A stretch of DNA of 64,000 bases from Lingula anatina (lineage: Eukaryota > Animalia > Brachiopoda). The position numbers and the translations under genes are program-made. Below are positions 40,500 through 55,452 of this stretch, piece after piece (the first letter of the stretch is position 1; every line of letters starts with the position of its first letter). The notes under the pieces are model-generated. The model saw only the letters and a program-made list of their open reading frames with translations. It made no database searches and had not been told where the DNA came from. Location of the stretch: contig CM120647.1 of assembly GCA_051362555.1 (NCBI GenBank), forward strand, positions 12,934,651 through 12,998,650, written 5' to 3'.

Positions 40500-43400
40500 T
40501 CTAATGTAAGAATGACGTTTGCATTTTTGTTAACTACGACTCCGCAGCTCGAAAGAAATTAAATATCTACTCTCATGCCACAAATTTATTTCTACTAAAG
40601 AAAAGAAGCTTCTATTTATGTGCATTTATTTGTTCTCTGTTCACGAGGAGTTTCTTAACGAACCTAAAATGGTCGGTAAATAGTGCAATTTATCCAAAGG
40701 ATTACGTCGTCAAAATAAAACAAGCATTGTGCGTGTTTTTATCAAAGGTACTTGAAAGTATTCGCTGACCCAGACGGCTTGAAGAGTTCCCTCAAATATT
40801 AAAATAGCTTTAAACCAGCAAAATAAAGTTAGTTCGGCTTTCAATAGGAACCTTTTCATTGTCTTCGGACATAGTGTAACACTATTTCTGTACCACTTGA
40901 AATTCTGTATTGGTTTTTAAAAGTTCCAGGTGCGGTGCACTTTTTATATTGTGACAAACTTCTGGTAATTTTTTAACCGAATTTTAGATGTTTTCAGTAG
41001 GCCTTTTTTATGTTTTACACTCCTGCGTAGGTTGTAATTGGTTATATGCCATGATTATTCTGGATTTCGTTTCCATGAGTATTTGATACATGTAAATTAA
41101 TTCCTTACGCCGGTAGAATTTATTAAAAACACGAAAGCTGTATTTTGTTAACATAATTTGTCTTCCTCTTCAGCTTAGAAAAAAACTAGACATATACATA
41201 CGTGCGTACACACACACACATTCACACACAAACATACACACACACACACATCCATCTATTTCGTCCTAATTATAACCATCTCATACCCCCGAACATATAA
41301 AATTCGTCTACAACATAAAAAACTTCATATTTACATCATTAATCTATAATAAAGACAAAATCCACGAAGTAAACCAATAAAAAAATCACGTGCGTTGACT
41401 TTCAGTCTCAAATGGTCAGGGGGTGTAATGGATCCCCTGTATGGCTGACCGCTGGCTGATTCAGGTGACGGTCAAGATACCCCCCAGGCTATGCCATGTT
41501 TCACCATCAGCGGTTAAGAGGTCTGGTGTCCACAGTATTGAAGTGGTAACAATGATTTGTTTAAAGCAGTTTTCTATACGGATTCGGAATTTTGAGTATT
41601 TTTTACTGTAAAGTTGCAGAAATGGGCATGTTGACTTTTTTTTTTTTTTTTTTTTTTTTTTTGAGAGGAGGTTACTTCCAAAGCTAAATGGGGATCACAT
41701 CAAATACTTTCTTTATAAATGTTTGGTTTAAAGAAGGCAAAAACATCGGTGATTTCATATTTGGCTGCCCTACGGTGTATAATGGCGCTTTCTCAATAAA
41801 TAACCTCAAGTATGCAATTGATTATTTGATATCTTTGGAAAGTACTGGGTACACGTATGTTTATGATTGAATTGTTGATAAATCGGAATTAAATAAATCA
41901 GAATGTGGTGAAAAGCTTCAGATTATTATAGATACTAGCAAAAAAAGCATCGAAAATGGTAAAACTGGATTGTTGTTAATATATTGCATATCAAAGTAGT
42001 ATTTGATGAATACATAACGGACGAAAACGAAAATCGTCGCTTTACCTATCAGATTTGCACATGATTTAGAAGAAGAACGTTTTTAAAAAGTTTTTTAAAA
42101 AAATATTTAGTTTACAGACTTTAGGAGGGGTGGGCATTATGGAACTATGTAAAGTAGAGCTGTCTAATTGATATCCCAGTCAAGTAAAAAAAAAAACTGA
42201 GCTCATATAACCCCGAGCAGTGAGAAAATAGGACGCGACATGTGTACCCATGATAAACAGAAACGCCGGGGGTCGTTTGCTGTGTTAACAAAACCCACGC
42301 ACGCGAGCACTTCGATCCTTAACTATCGGTGCCTCAAGGTAGATCGTTTACGCAACAGGGTATTGTATAATGGGTACTGTAGAGTGAAGGCTACTGATTT
42401 CTTACGGTTACTAACAAGAACCAGATTCCTTGTTAAATCGTGTCATCCTTGTACCCTCTTTCTCCTCCCAGTATTCATGAACTTTGGTCAACCAGTTGGC
42501 ACTGACACGGGTCTACCTGATGATCTGACCCTGTTAGAGTTTGAAAGGGGGCAGGTAACCCTCCCCCCTCCCATCCTGTGTACCGCGCGCACACACACAC
42601 GCACACACACACGCACACGCACTCGCACACACACACACACACACACACGGGACACACACACACACGCGAGAGTTCAACAGCAAGCTGCAGAACACTGATG
42701 GTGTTCGACAATTAGCAAAGTCAAAGTAAAAAATGTCAAATATTGTGAGAAAAACACGCGTGCTTTCGATTTTGCAGGGGCAGTGATTATAAAATTTGTG
42801 ATTAAAACAGCTATTAATTATGGGGAAAATAGCAAAATATTTGCAGTTAAGGCGTTTGTAGCCTACTGTTCGCACCCAAACCATTTTTTTATTATTGTCC
42901 CTTTTTTTACTTTGACACGTTTTCTTGATGGTTAGCATGAGGTCGATGTAAATGACGTCGTCATTTTTTTTTTGTATTTTATGTCATTTATTATTTTTTA
43001 TTTCTTTTTTTGTGGCGCACGACCCATTAGCTGTGCCACAAACGATTAAATGACTGTCGATAAAGAATCGAACTTAAAGGCCAGAACATGATAACCTTGA
43101 CTTTGTATGACGTCGCTAACAATCGCGCAAACGATACCAATATATACCAATATATTCACCCTTTTTTAACTACCATATATTATAACCTCGGATGAGAAAG
43201 TTGTTTTACACACTATCCTAAAAAATCCCCGTATAATTAAACTGGAAAGAAATAAGGATCAGAAAGTCGTTTTGAAATTACAACACACGAGAATGAATAT
43301 ATGTGAAAACGCGAAAACAGATGCCCGTTTTACGTTTAAATATTTGATAATAATGAACGGGCTTGATGACAATACTATACACTATAATCCAGTAAAAAAG

Positions 43401-44723
43401 CGACTACAAATTTTTCAATTTCAGTAGAAAGTAATCTGTCTTTTTTCTATTAAATAATATTCCCTTTTCAATTGATTAACATTTTACAATAATTATAGAT
43501 AAAATGAAAGCCGTTTACAAATTCAGAATAAAAATTAACAAATATAAACGCTACAAGTGACCAGTATTTAGCGGTCACTATTCAGGATTCGATTGCTTCG
43601 TGTTCTTGTTTACAGACGCGCCAATCAATAGTAATGCTGATCAATGAAGTGGCTAATTTTTAATTACTTCATCGATGTTTACTTAGTTTCAACTCCAAAA
43701 ATGTAGTACGGCTGAATGACCTGTCGATTTTGCAATAATCATGTTAATAAGGTGCAGGTGACCGCAAAGTCGTTAAATGAAGTAAGCAAAAAAACAGGCC
43801 GATTCTTTGAAAAGAGAAGCTCCATGTTTTAGAAACAACCTGGAAATATTTAGATATAATTTTTGCTTGTGTGAAAAAAATGAATAGGAATTTGAAAGTT
43901 GCAATAAGAGAATTAATAAAAGCGTTTAGATATCCCTGCCAACTGAACGATTTTTATCGTACGCGTGGATGAAAATGATCACCATCTTTCATTCTCAGCT
44001 CCTAGAATGCAGTCCTTGCTTTCCTTTGAAAAATGGAGGAAATCAATTATAAAAAATGTCTATTTTGTCAAAGATAGAAATCGATTCCGATATCAAGAAA
44101 ATACACATTGTTGTAGTATAACAAAAATATCTGCGCAAGTCTTTGCACTAGGCCGCTTTTCTATATATTTTGCTCATAGCACTGGTGACTTCATAAAGAA
44201 AAATCAATACTGTGTTATGAAACAAAACCTTTACCATTTAAGATTATATTGATAAAACGTGCCAATCAAACATCGTATTTATTTAACCAACGCGACATGA
44301 CTTCACGGCGAGAAATTAAGATGAATGACTCCAGGAATTAACCTACTCGGTAGACGGAATAGTTGAAGAAAATTAGATAAACTTAGAATAAAAAAAAACA
44401 GCACAAAATAACTTTCAAGCATTCGTGGATGATTCGATTTCTTGTAGATGCTGATGAAACACACATTAAAATCAATGTACGGGAAATTGTAAATGTAGAT
44501 AGATATTTCAAGTTAACAGATCCTCGTTTTTGCCGGGGCGGGGAGGGTATGGTATTTATTTATAATTCATAGTTAACAAGACTCCACGTGACGGTAATTG
44601 TACAGACGCGTATCCCAATATAATGCATCTCTTTAATACGAAGGAATTTAACCTGGATATCTACTTGATCTGAATAATAATAACAATAATAATAAGAATA
44701 ATAAGAATAATAATTTTATGATG

Positions 44724-44947
44724 ACAAGAAAAGCACTCAGAGGACACCAACCTTCGCCAAGACAAATAATAAACTAGTAACTAACAATTTTTAATTAATT
44801 ACTTCCCCGCCTTAATCTAATCACCTTTAAAAAAGCCCCCTTGTGAGCTATCCTGAATATTTCATCAAATGTCCGTCCATGATTTTTAGTGATAAACAAA
44901 CAGACAAACAAAAAGAGAAGAAAACATACATTCCTTGGCGGAGGCAA
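44724..44947. mobile_element. Helentron-associated (HINE/DINE-like) non-autonomous element
   Basis: Internal inverted pair ccttcgccaag / cttggcggagg, tttcatcaaat..gtcca block and acagacaaac microsatellite. Confidence 0.6.
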
Positions 44948-47900
44948 AAATAATTATAAAAACAATAATAAAGAAAATCTTTTCATTTTATCACCGTTCT
45001 TGTTACTGTGCTGGATTGGTAAAAGATCTGAATACTGATAACAACTGTGAAAGCTGGACCGCGAAATTTCTAATTCCCCTGTGTTCGTGTATCTGTAGAT
45101 CTGTTAACGTGTCCCACTCAGCCGTCTTTTCCCAGGCCGTGTCAACCACTCCCAGGGGATAGGTAAGCCATTCAGCCTGTATCTATATACACACGAACGG
45201 GGCCCTGGATCTGATAACAAGATAACAGCCAGGAAAAAAGGGAGCAAAATTAATTTTCAGAGAGACAATAATGAGGTCATTTGTGGCTTGGGTTTGTTCA
45301 GTACAGATCACGATTTCGTGTACAGAAGCGTTCACACGGGCAGGGAGGGAACGGGTGCTCTGTTAATACCGGTATAACGTGACACAGAGACCCCCATGTT
45401 AGAGACTCCGCTTCCCATTCATTTGTACGTGTAACACGTGTAAGCCTCGAAGGTGGAATCCTGAAGGCCAGATCCGCGTATATTCATATTATGTATATTG
45501 GAGTTACCTTTTTCAGCAATAAGGGTAAACTCCTTGCGCGGGGATGTCATCTTAAAGAGCAATGAAAAGGGACGTGCATAACGTGGAGAAGTCTTACTTG
45601 TGTGCAACAGACTGTAATTCGCGAAAGAACTTTGGGGAAAAAACAGAAAAACAAATTCTGTCAGTGTTTATTAGTTGCCGCACTATCTTATCTGCCATTA
45701 TTTCTGACGCCACTCTCTTCCGATTTCTACGAGATCTCGCTTAGTGCGAGACTTTCTGCTATCTCGGAAGATTCTCATTCGCATCGCTCATCAGGTGACA
45801 GGTCTAACCTACATGTGCAAGAGCCCGTGTGAACGGATCTTGGGACTGTTGACTTACTATGATCCCCATGGGGCTCTCTAACTTCTGGCTACCGGTGTTT
45901 CGTTTTTCAAACAGCGGAAATTAATATCCAGCCTTATGCCTGGTTGGCCTTGTGTTATGTAGGCCTATTTTATACTAGCCTACTATTTATTGTGCAAAAT
46001 TTGATTGAAATATGATTACTTTAATTTATTGAAATGGGCATTTGTGACCATTCAAAACTGATTAATCTGTCTTTGTTTCCCCCCTGGTTACTAAGCCAAC
46101 ATGAGATCGGATCAGTCCATAAACTTCACAAATATTATATAGCACAAGGTAAAATAGATCAAAGAAAGCGCTACACAAAATGTAAAACAAAATAAAACCC
46201 AAGAATAAACACACTTTGTTTTCATTCAGGCTATTAAAATATCGAACTAGTAAATCAGATCTTTTGATTATGAGCATTTCAGTAAATATTGATTTCTTTA
46301 TCTCCACTCAGCACTATCTAATACTATAATCTCAGCTATCAATTACTGCAATCATGCTTTCATTTAATCGATTTTATATCACGCGCAGGGTTTTTCTAGG
46401 CCTTGTTGAAATCCCCCGGCAATGGCCATTCAAGGCAAATCAGGGGAATCCTTTTTCTAAATCCCATGCTGATTATACTGATTGACTGTGTGACAAAGCT
46501 GGCTTGTCTGTCGCGAAACATCCCTGGAATATCCAAGCAGTGCGCGTCCTAAAGAAAACGGTATCTTTTTTCGCTGGGACTTTTGACGGCAAGGGTACTT
46601 TGCATTTCAACGGCGGTGCATCGCGCTGCGAAAAACACCCCAAAGGATAAGCTACCCCCCTTCCACCCCCCCCCCCCCCCACCGCAAACTATGGCGAAAA
46701 AAATTGTGCATTGAACACATTAGAAAAATGTTGATAAAGTTCAGTTAAAAAGACTTTTTGTATTGTTACGGTGCATCTCGATTGCGCATTTAACATAAAG
46801 AGATGAATAGAAAAATACTATAATGAGAAGAAGAAATACTGGCGAACCCCGTAAACTGACAACGTTGAGCTCGTTTAGTTTTAAGGGAGCGATTTAACGT
46901 TATGATAAAAACAACTTTTTAAGGTCCGATGTGCTCGCTCTGAAGTAAGATTGATTTCAATAATACTAAGATCAAGCGAGAAGGTTTTATAGGCAAACGG
47001 GTGAAGCTTGTCTTCTGCTAATAGCGTATGATTGTCGGTTGGAAGTCTTTTTAAGCTGAAAAAAATGATAAATGAGCCTAAATTACATCACATTATTCAG
47101 GCAGTGAGATATGTGACCTGGCCATAGTGACTTTTACAAGGGTATTTATTTCGGTGTTCTTTTCAAGTTGAAGAATATGTCGCCTATACACAAAAGATTT
47201 TTAAGCCAAGCTTTACTTGATGGCGAAGACCGCGGTGTTTTTCTCTTTTTTTTTTTTTTTTTTTTTTCGTTGAACGGAGCGGTATACACTGTCGCGTGAT
47301 AATACACGTATCTGTAATACAGACCAAAGTGGTAAGTTTATGTTTAAAATATAAAAAGCGCCGCTGATGAGATTGCACTTTAATGGAACTTACTATCCTA
47401 GAATGTTGGTTTGTATTGCATTAACCAGACCTCCTACTTGTATTCTGGTCGTCCTTATTTTAGATATACATGTACCAGTCTGACAGTGTTTCATATTTTA
47501 ATAAGGAAAAATTATCGGTTCTCAGGCCGACAGTTCGATAATGCGTTTAAGACCTATTTCCAGACCAACTGGTTTTTACGTGGATGTGAACGTCAACAAA
47601 AAGATTTTACGTCTGTGTTGGGCGATTATCAAAAGGAAGTGACATGAAAATTTAATGAAATCAAGCTCCTTAACTAACCTTAGTTCATTAAAATACACAA
47701 AAACAGTCTTGTCTTGCAAACTCAAATAGCCTACACTCACATCTAAGTTGATGGCATAATTCATAAGTAACTTATGGATTGACCTTGGTAGAAAAAAAAA
47801 CACCTGTCATCGAAAGATTTGAAATGAAATCAAACTAATTAAATCCAATCCTGTCAGAAATCGGGACAATAAACACAAGATTGAATAACAATAACGTCTA

Positions 47901-48308
47901 GTCTTTGCTCTACATGCAGACATCACTCAAGGGGGTAAACGTGTCGTAATCAAAAGGAACATACCCCACTTGAAGCCGTATAAATTGTTAACGGAATCAC
48001 GCCATATGTGCCCGGCGTGTCAAGCAGTGAACCGTTGCCGATGTTTTTAGACCCCCTTAAGCAAGAATGACGGTTTTGAGCACACGTGTGTAAAATATGT
48101 AATGATATGTATATTCTTTACAACTCATAGCAGTTGGATTGTAACGTACAATTTGAAGTTTTGTCTCATAATTCCCTTTCTTAATGCAAAATATCTGGTC
48201 TATACATAGGCCTACATTTATATAAAAGTGTGCCTAGTATAATATGATATAATATGATTGTATTATTATTATTATTATTATCTAAGACGTTTTTAAAAAG
48301 AATAGGAG

Positions 48309-48400
<92 letters not shown>

Positions 48401-50100
48401 TACAGTAACTGTGCAAGATAGATAATTACACCACAATATCCCATGCTTACGATATAGCGGAAGTGTTATTGACAGTTCCCTGAGAATGGGGTGCTGGCGA
48501 AGACACATTTACAATGCTACTGTCACTGCGGAGTCACCGTCTGCTCTCTGATTTTCAGGGTTACGACGAATATATAATGGCCAACAGTGGATCTGTGCTT
48601 TTCAGGGTGTTACTTTGCATGTCTAGGATACAGACTGTAAACAAACGCGTTGTATATGGAGACGTACCGTCACCAGACACGTGTCAAACAGCGAAATGTC
48701 TTAACCAATTGTCTTTCCTTCTTGACTGCTTGGTTTGAAAAAGAAGAAATATATTTTAAAGAAGGAATATATTTTCGTTTTTATAACATACTTCAACTCA
48801 GAATTCAGAAAATAAAATATCAATCCACCCAAATGTGATTCTATATCTATACGTTGTAATGATCAGCACGTGACGTTCACGTGATTCATAAATGGCATAT
48901 GTTTCAATAGTTATAATACTGGATCTTATACCTCCCTGGTCGGAGGGAATTTCAGGGTTGGAGGTACTATATTTTATTTCCAAGTTCTGCAATTTCTTCC
49001 TTTGTTCTATTCATTGGTCATAATTTCAAGAACAATCAGTTATTCAATTTTCATTTTTCTTTTGCACAATTCTATCTGTTAATTTATTCAGCTATTTATC
49101 TTCTTTTTTTTTTCAGTTTTGTTTATATATTCATTTATTTTTGAAATTGTTCTGGTTCAATCGTTGGAACCCTGTATAAGTTACGCCCAATCCATCCCCG
49201 CCCCGACCCCTTTTCCTTGCCCTTGTCTTCGCCACTGACCCCCAATCCCCCCCCCCCAATTACCCCCGCCCCCACCCCGCCTCCCCCCGATAAGGAAACT
49301 TGCAACTCTACTTAATTAAACATTTTAAAGTGACGGGCCACTTGAAGCTCCCTGATAACTTTCCGCGACCCCAGTCTCCAATTTAGGCCAAACTGAAAGA
49401 TCCATCACGTACACGCTAAGGACTCCGAAGAAGTCGCAAACCCTTTGCCCGAATAGTGCAAGTGTACCAGTTGGAATCTTAGACATGTGTATGATGGATC
49501 AAAGTTGAAACGAAGCAAATTTACGTCACCTTTTTGGCAGGGTTTTTTGTAAGATTAATCGCTTTTGTGACTGCCAAACCACGTGTACAAGCGAGGCACA
49601 TCAGAAAAGGTCTTGGCTTTTAGGGGCGATAAACTGTTGACTTGATTTCTATCTCAGCTGCAATCGGGATGGATATGATTGAGTTTAGATCATAAGCCTA
49701 GCTATATCTTCTATATTCTGTCTGTGATAAAAACTTCCAAAATGCCTCATGTTAGTAAGGCGAGGTGTTACAGCACATGTAACCCACGAGTTGAGACAAC
49801 ACTTAAACGTAAGCTTTGTTCTTTCCGGTTCAACGACTTAGATCGTTTTTATCAGATTTGATTCAAAAGATTTAAGCTTTACATCATGAACTTTTGATCT
49901 CTCATTCAAAAGGTTTTTGAAAACTAAAAACAAAACTGATTTGTTGAAGTTTGTTGTTGAATGATATCTTAAATCTCGTGTCTAGACGGTTAAATCCACT
50001 GATACAATGTATATGCTCTTTACACGTAGAGAATATTATTTAATTGCGTAAGGAAGTATCTCTTTTCAGCCCCCGCTTTTTTACTGCACCCCCCCCCCCC

Positions 50101-50159
<59 letters not shown>

Positions 50160-50749
50160 AGAACTGTAAAAATATCAAAAATCCAAAAGGAACACCAATC
50201 TGTTCTCTTTATTTCGGGGTCTCTTTACAATCTGCCAATAGATCATTGCTTTTGAAATACGACCCTGGGTGTTTGTAAACTTCCTTATTAGAAATAATTA
50301 CCTTATAGACCCCGGCTGTATATAAACTATAAAACTGTAACTGTAATGTAAACATATACCAAGGATGACGTCATAAATGCTGACACTTCGTAGTGGTCGC
50401 ATAACAAAAATTCTCTTTTATTGCTTCCTTGTTCAGTGTTTACTAATTTGTGATGCGGCGGTGTTAAATAGTATGCATATCTTGAAAAGTATTTATTATG
50501 AATTATTTAAGAACTGATAACATGTTTAACCTTAGTTTATGATCGGTATAAGCAATGAAATGCTATGAAGTATGAAGGCGAAATTACGACGAAGTAAGAA
50601 ATGGCTGTAGAGAAAATTGGATGAAAGATGACCACGGATACAAATAATCTTTTTGAAATTCAGCTTCATCTACATGCACCCTCCCCCCCTTCCTCCCCAC
50701 CGCCCCGTAGCCAGTCTTTCTCACACGCATACATTCTTTCTTTCTCTCT

Positions 50750-50793
<44 letters not shown>

Positions 50794-53700
50794 AGGGCGT
50801 ACTTTACTTACGGACAGTTATCGAGTAGTTTTCAACAATGTTTGCTCTACCCAAGGGTCTCCTTATCGTCCAGATTTAATATTTAATGAGCCCGGATCGT
50901 TCCAACATTTATTTCTGATAAAGTAAATATCCCGGACGGTGCTGGGTTATTGAATAGCGCGGTGACTGTGATTATCCGTGGTTTATTGGCCTCGAACGGT
51001 ACTGGGTCGTCTTGGTTAATTGGTCCGGACAAGACGTTGTGGAGTAAGCGAAATGCAGGAGGGGGCGGGGGGAGGGGCGAAAGCACTGATTTCACACACA
51101 TGCATGCACGCGCACGTGCAAACACCTCACACGCCTACCCCTCCACACACGCACACTCACACAAGCGCGCGTGCACACACATAGCCCCCAAGTTCTAATT
51201 CCGTCTGAATTTGTTTCTTTTATCATGAGACCTTGATTCTTTTTTCTATGGGCATTTTATACGTCAAACCAATAACTTCCCAGTCGAATAGATTCTTAAA
51301 CGATGTTCGTTGCTTGCTTCAGCTACCGTCTATCAGAGGATTACGTATATTGAGCTAATATCCTCACAGAACAGCCAGTGTTGAGTCAGGGAGATTTCTG
51401 TGAATATCTTATGAAAAAAACTCTCTGTGGCCCTGGCTGAGGGTATGTTTCTGTTAGAAAATCAATTTCTCTCTATTTGTTAGTGGCGTTTTTATCCAAA
51501 CTCTGTCCTAAAAAAATTAATTTCTGAAAAGTGTCTCACAGTTTTGCAATAATTAGAGAAAATTGATAAATAGAATGAATGGTGTATTTTTGATGACCGG
51601 AAGATCTCCCTTATCTTAAAGTGTAGATAGGGGTAAGCCCTGTCTGGCCAAAGTTGAAAATAATCGCGTCAAATTAACTCCGTTGTAGATACTTTCCTGA
51701 CCGACCCTTAAATGATTTCAGTTTGGCATCCACTTAAACACCTGAGAAAATAGATTACTTGGGGACATGGCTAAAGCCGCCACTATAAAGCCTCGTAACC
51801 AGTGTATGATGTAACACTACTCTTACATACAACTGGGTGTGATAACGAGGCTCTTGTGTGGAGTGGAGGCGCGGCACAGGGGGTCGTAGTGACCCTCTCA
51901 AGGACTGTACGCAAACCTCGAGAGTTTTTAAATAGCACTCGGACGCGGCGTGCTTTCAGCATGAAAGGCGCGTGTTTAATACTTGAAATCGTTTTGGCTC
52001 ATTATTTGCCAAGTCATACCTTAATTGACGCACTGTGAATCTAATTTCTTTGCTATTCTTACGCATAAGATGACATTTTAGCTTATTCCTTCTGCTTCAC
52101 ACACTTGTTGACTACTACCGTTTAGATATCTCTGAATTTGTATTTGTGGTGTTTACCATCTGATTAAATGAAAACAAATGAAAGATAAAAATAGCAAACA
52201 GATCATTTACTTTTTTAATTGGGTGGATTTTTCTGGCGGTGGAGGTTTTGTTACTTTGCCAGTACTACTCAAGGCAGGGGTCAGGGCCATTAAAAAAAAC
52301 TTGTCTTTCAGCTGTTTACCGCCTATATTTGAATATTCAACAAAATATCAATGTAAGCTTAAAATGTTATGTCTTTATTATTTTTCAATTGCAAAAAATA
52401 TATTTTTATCTATTTGTTTATTCCCTGTTGGTCACATTCAGGTGTCTTTTGGGGAAAACCCAGATTAGTAAAACAAACATTCAAAATGTTAATGAAAAAT
52501 TTTTCAAAATGGCTGTTCAAGCATTCTTAACAACAAACGTTTCACTGACACATTAAAGGAAATGGGACAGTGAATAACTGAAAAAAAATCAATCAAATTC
52601 AATAACCGTTATCGGTATTTGCTGTAAAGAAATTCTATAGGCTACAGATGGTACTAAGAAATACAAAATAAACAAAAAGTTCAATTTTCAGTTAAAACGC
52701 TGCAACAATTCGCACAGAATAGTGTTCATCAATGCCCTTATCATCTGTAAGCTAAAAAACGGCAGTTTTGCTGCGAGTCAAATTTTTCATTAACAGGGAC
52801 GCTCAAAATTGTCTAAAGTCAATGCATCATACATGTACCAAACCCTACACGCTGTCTAATATCAAATACCAGCCATTCACACCAAATTGATACAAATGAC
52901 ATATCTATAAGGTTGGCAAACGTCGGCTGTTCTCAGGCGCGGATTTATCTCCAGTAAAAGTAAACGAAGTCTCTTTGTTTCGTGGCGTATTGGTTGTGGC
53001 GTGGTGTTGACACGGTGATACCCCGGCTATTCAGAGTGTAGAATTAGAACTTCGTCTTATCACAGATCTGCTCATTTTTGTCCTCAATTTTCGCCAGTTC
53101 TCCTGCACTGCAGGCGCACTCATTGACAGGCTGGCTGTCTCAGATATTTCTCCTTTATATAATAATAATAATAATAATAATAATATTTTTAAAAACAGGA
53201 AAGGAATCCCATTTTTCAAAATAACTATTAAAAAAAAAATATATCCCCTCCCCCGTTCTTATTACTGATCTAATCAGACTAAAGTGATTTTAATTATGCT
53301 CACTTTCAGGAAGAAAGCAGGACAAAGAGAGGACCTTCTACTTAAAACTTAAAACAAGGTTTGTCTAACGCCCCCCCCCCCCAACCAAATTAAAAAAACT
53401 AGAAAAAAAGCCTGCCTAACTGAGAGCTCTTGTGTAGCTTTTTTCACTAACTTGGATCTCTTTAATCCTTCTCTAAATCCCACACTACCCTCCCGCCTTT
53501 CAATCTGGAAGTCTTATCTAATCGCACGCTTGCTGTTATACATATCAAAATTGCCTGATGTCAGCATAAAAACTACCAGCAAAAAACGCAGCTCTATTTT
53601 TTTTTCTAAAGAAATCCCGGAGCCTTTTAAATTAAATTATATCATGTAACTCTAGTCAGCAGCTTGTAATGACTGGCTTTTACCTTATTTTTCACAGCTT

Positions 53701-55014
53701 CTCTATGCTGGGGGTTAAATGGAATAAAAGCTGCATATTTCTTTAAGTGAATTGCACTAAGAGATGCCCATAATGGTGTAACACAAGGAGAATAGAACGC
53801 AGAGTAGAACTGTAGTGGTTCAAAACTGTTTTGGATGAGATGATTGATACAATGGGCTGTGAGTGCTTTAGATGCAGTGCGTGCGTGTGTTGGTTTGTAT
53901 GTGTGCGTGTTTGTAAGTGTGTGTGTGTGTGTGTGTGCTTTCGTGCATGCGTGATGAAGTACGCCCTTGCGCACGTACTTAAGATAGTAAGGAAGTAAAA
54001 GGCGGAGGGGGCTAGAGTCAGGCAGAGCTACTGGGGTTGGTGGAGGGGGAGGGTTTCGCCCAAACATGTCGAAAGCTGCGCTGTGGCATGTTGAATCACG
54101 CCGTCAAGGTAACAAAACCCATCACAGATAAACAAAATACATAAGCACCTTCTGCTTCAAAGTTAAAGCTTCCACACAAAACCAGAAGCTGGCGTTTTAC
54201 TTCTGTATAAAAGAAGACAGTGAACCTTACCAAAGTCGCACTAAAAACCCATCGTTGTGATACGATAAGGATATCAGTGTCCCAAGTTCATATAATATAC
54301 ATAACCCCTATATATGCATGCTATCGTTTAATGAATATGGCATTTCACATTGATTTTGTCTGCTAGTGAGCGTTCAATGTATATACCCTTTCAGAAAATA
54401 ATCCATCAATGCTATGAATTGAGACGACTGTCAGGCATTTTAAATGTCGTGAGTTAAGGCTGTCTCAAGTCAGTCAGACATATGTAGTTAAGCTATCCCC
54501 ATAATGGAGGCGTTAATATTGTATCATTATGGGATGGCACCTTAGAATCTAGATCTACACTTCTCCGTTTCTTGCTAAAATTCCAAAATCGAAATAGATT
54601 TGTCCCTTTCACGAATAATCCTTAAGAAAATGCCAAACCCTGTTCCGAGCATTGACGTTCAATGTCTGTAATATGTTGATTATCAGGTTTTCATCACTGT
54701 TTGTGTCTTGTCCGCGATGTAGAAAAGGATTGTAACAAAGCCATCGTATGCGGAATTGACGGACGTTGGAAATAATCGATGTTGTTTTGTGTCCAATCTA
54801 CAGTGAAACAACAATTCCTTTCAATCTCTATTGATCCCAAGTGGAACCTTGACTATAAAAAGGTCGTACATAAAACCATTAGGACTGATGTCAAAACTCA
54901 ATTATGTCCGTAGTTTTGATAACACATGACAGCTTAAGTCTAGGCAGTGTCTGATGAGTACAATTGTCTCGTCGGATATTTCACTAGATATTTGCTGATG
55001 CGGTTATCCTGGGA

Positions 55015-55015
<1 letters not shown>

Positions 55016-55062
<47 letters not shown>
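55016..55062. repeat. Poly-G tract
   Basis: About 47 consecutive G. Confidence 0.9.
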
Positions 55063-55063
<1 letters not shown>

Positions 55064-55452
55064 GGTCCGGTTGAACTGTACTCTAGTAGTACAATCTATG
55101 GGTACGGGTCTGGTATATTAGAGCAACTCCAAAGTCAATATCACACTAAGCTCAACTGATTCACAGTGGACAAGGGGGTTATTAATGAAGTCATTAGTGA
55201 AGAAAATCATAGAGTTCCCGTGCCAAAATGTGCCTTTTAAAGTTTATCTGGAAATATGTCACTGAAGATTCACTCCATATTTTGTATCTAAATCACTTGT
55301 GTAAAAGATGGCTTTCGTAAAACAAACAAAAAAATCAATCAAAAAATATTTCTTGGTGGATTTATTCCAGATTTGGAATAACTGTCCCCGTAGTTGGCTC
55401 ATAGCCTGTATATCCAGAACTGCTTAGCTATTCCTGCGAGGAGAATTTATTT

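Noticed and set aside
42472-42554. Possible isolated plus-strand exon (cccag|...MNFGQPVGTDTGLPDDLTLLEFERGQ|gtaacc)
   Set aside because: Plausible splice sites but no partner exons or recognisable homology found.
40000-55400. Short ORFs in the track, including poly-YI/SL/TH/G ones
   Set aside because: Microsatellite-derived or random frames; no domains or consistent exon chain. The region appears intergenic or intronic.
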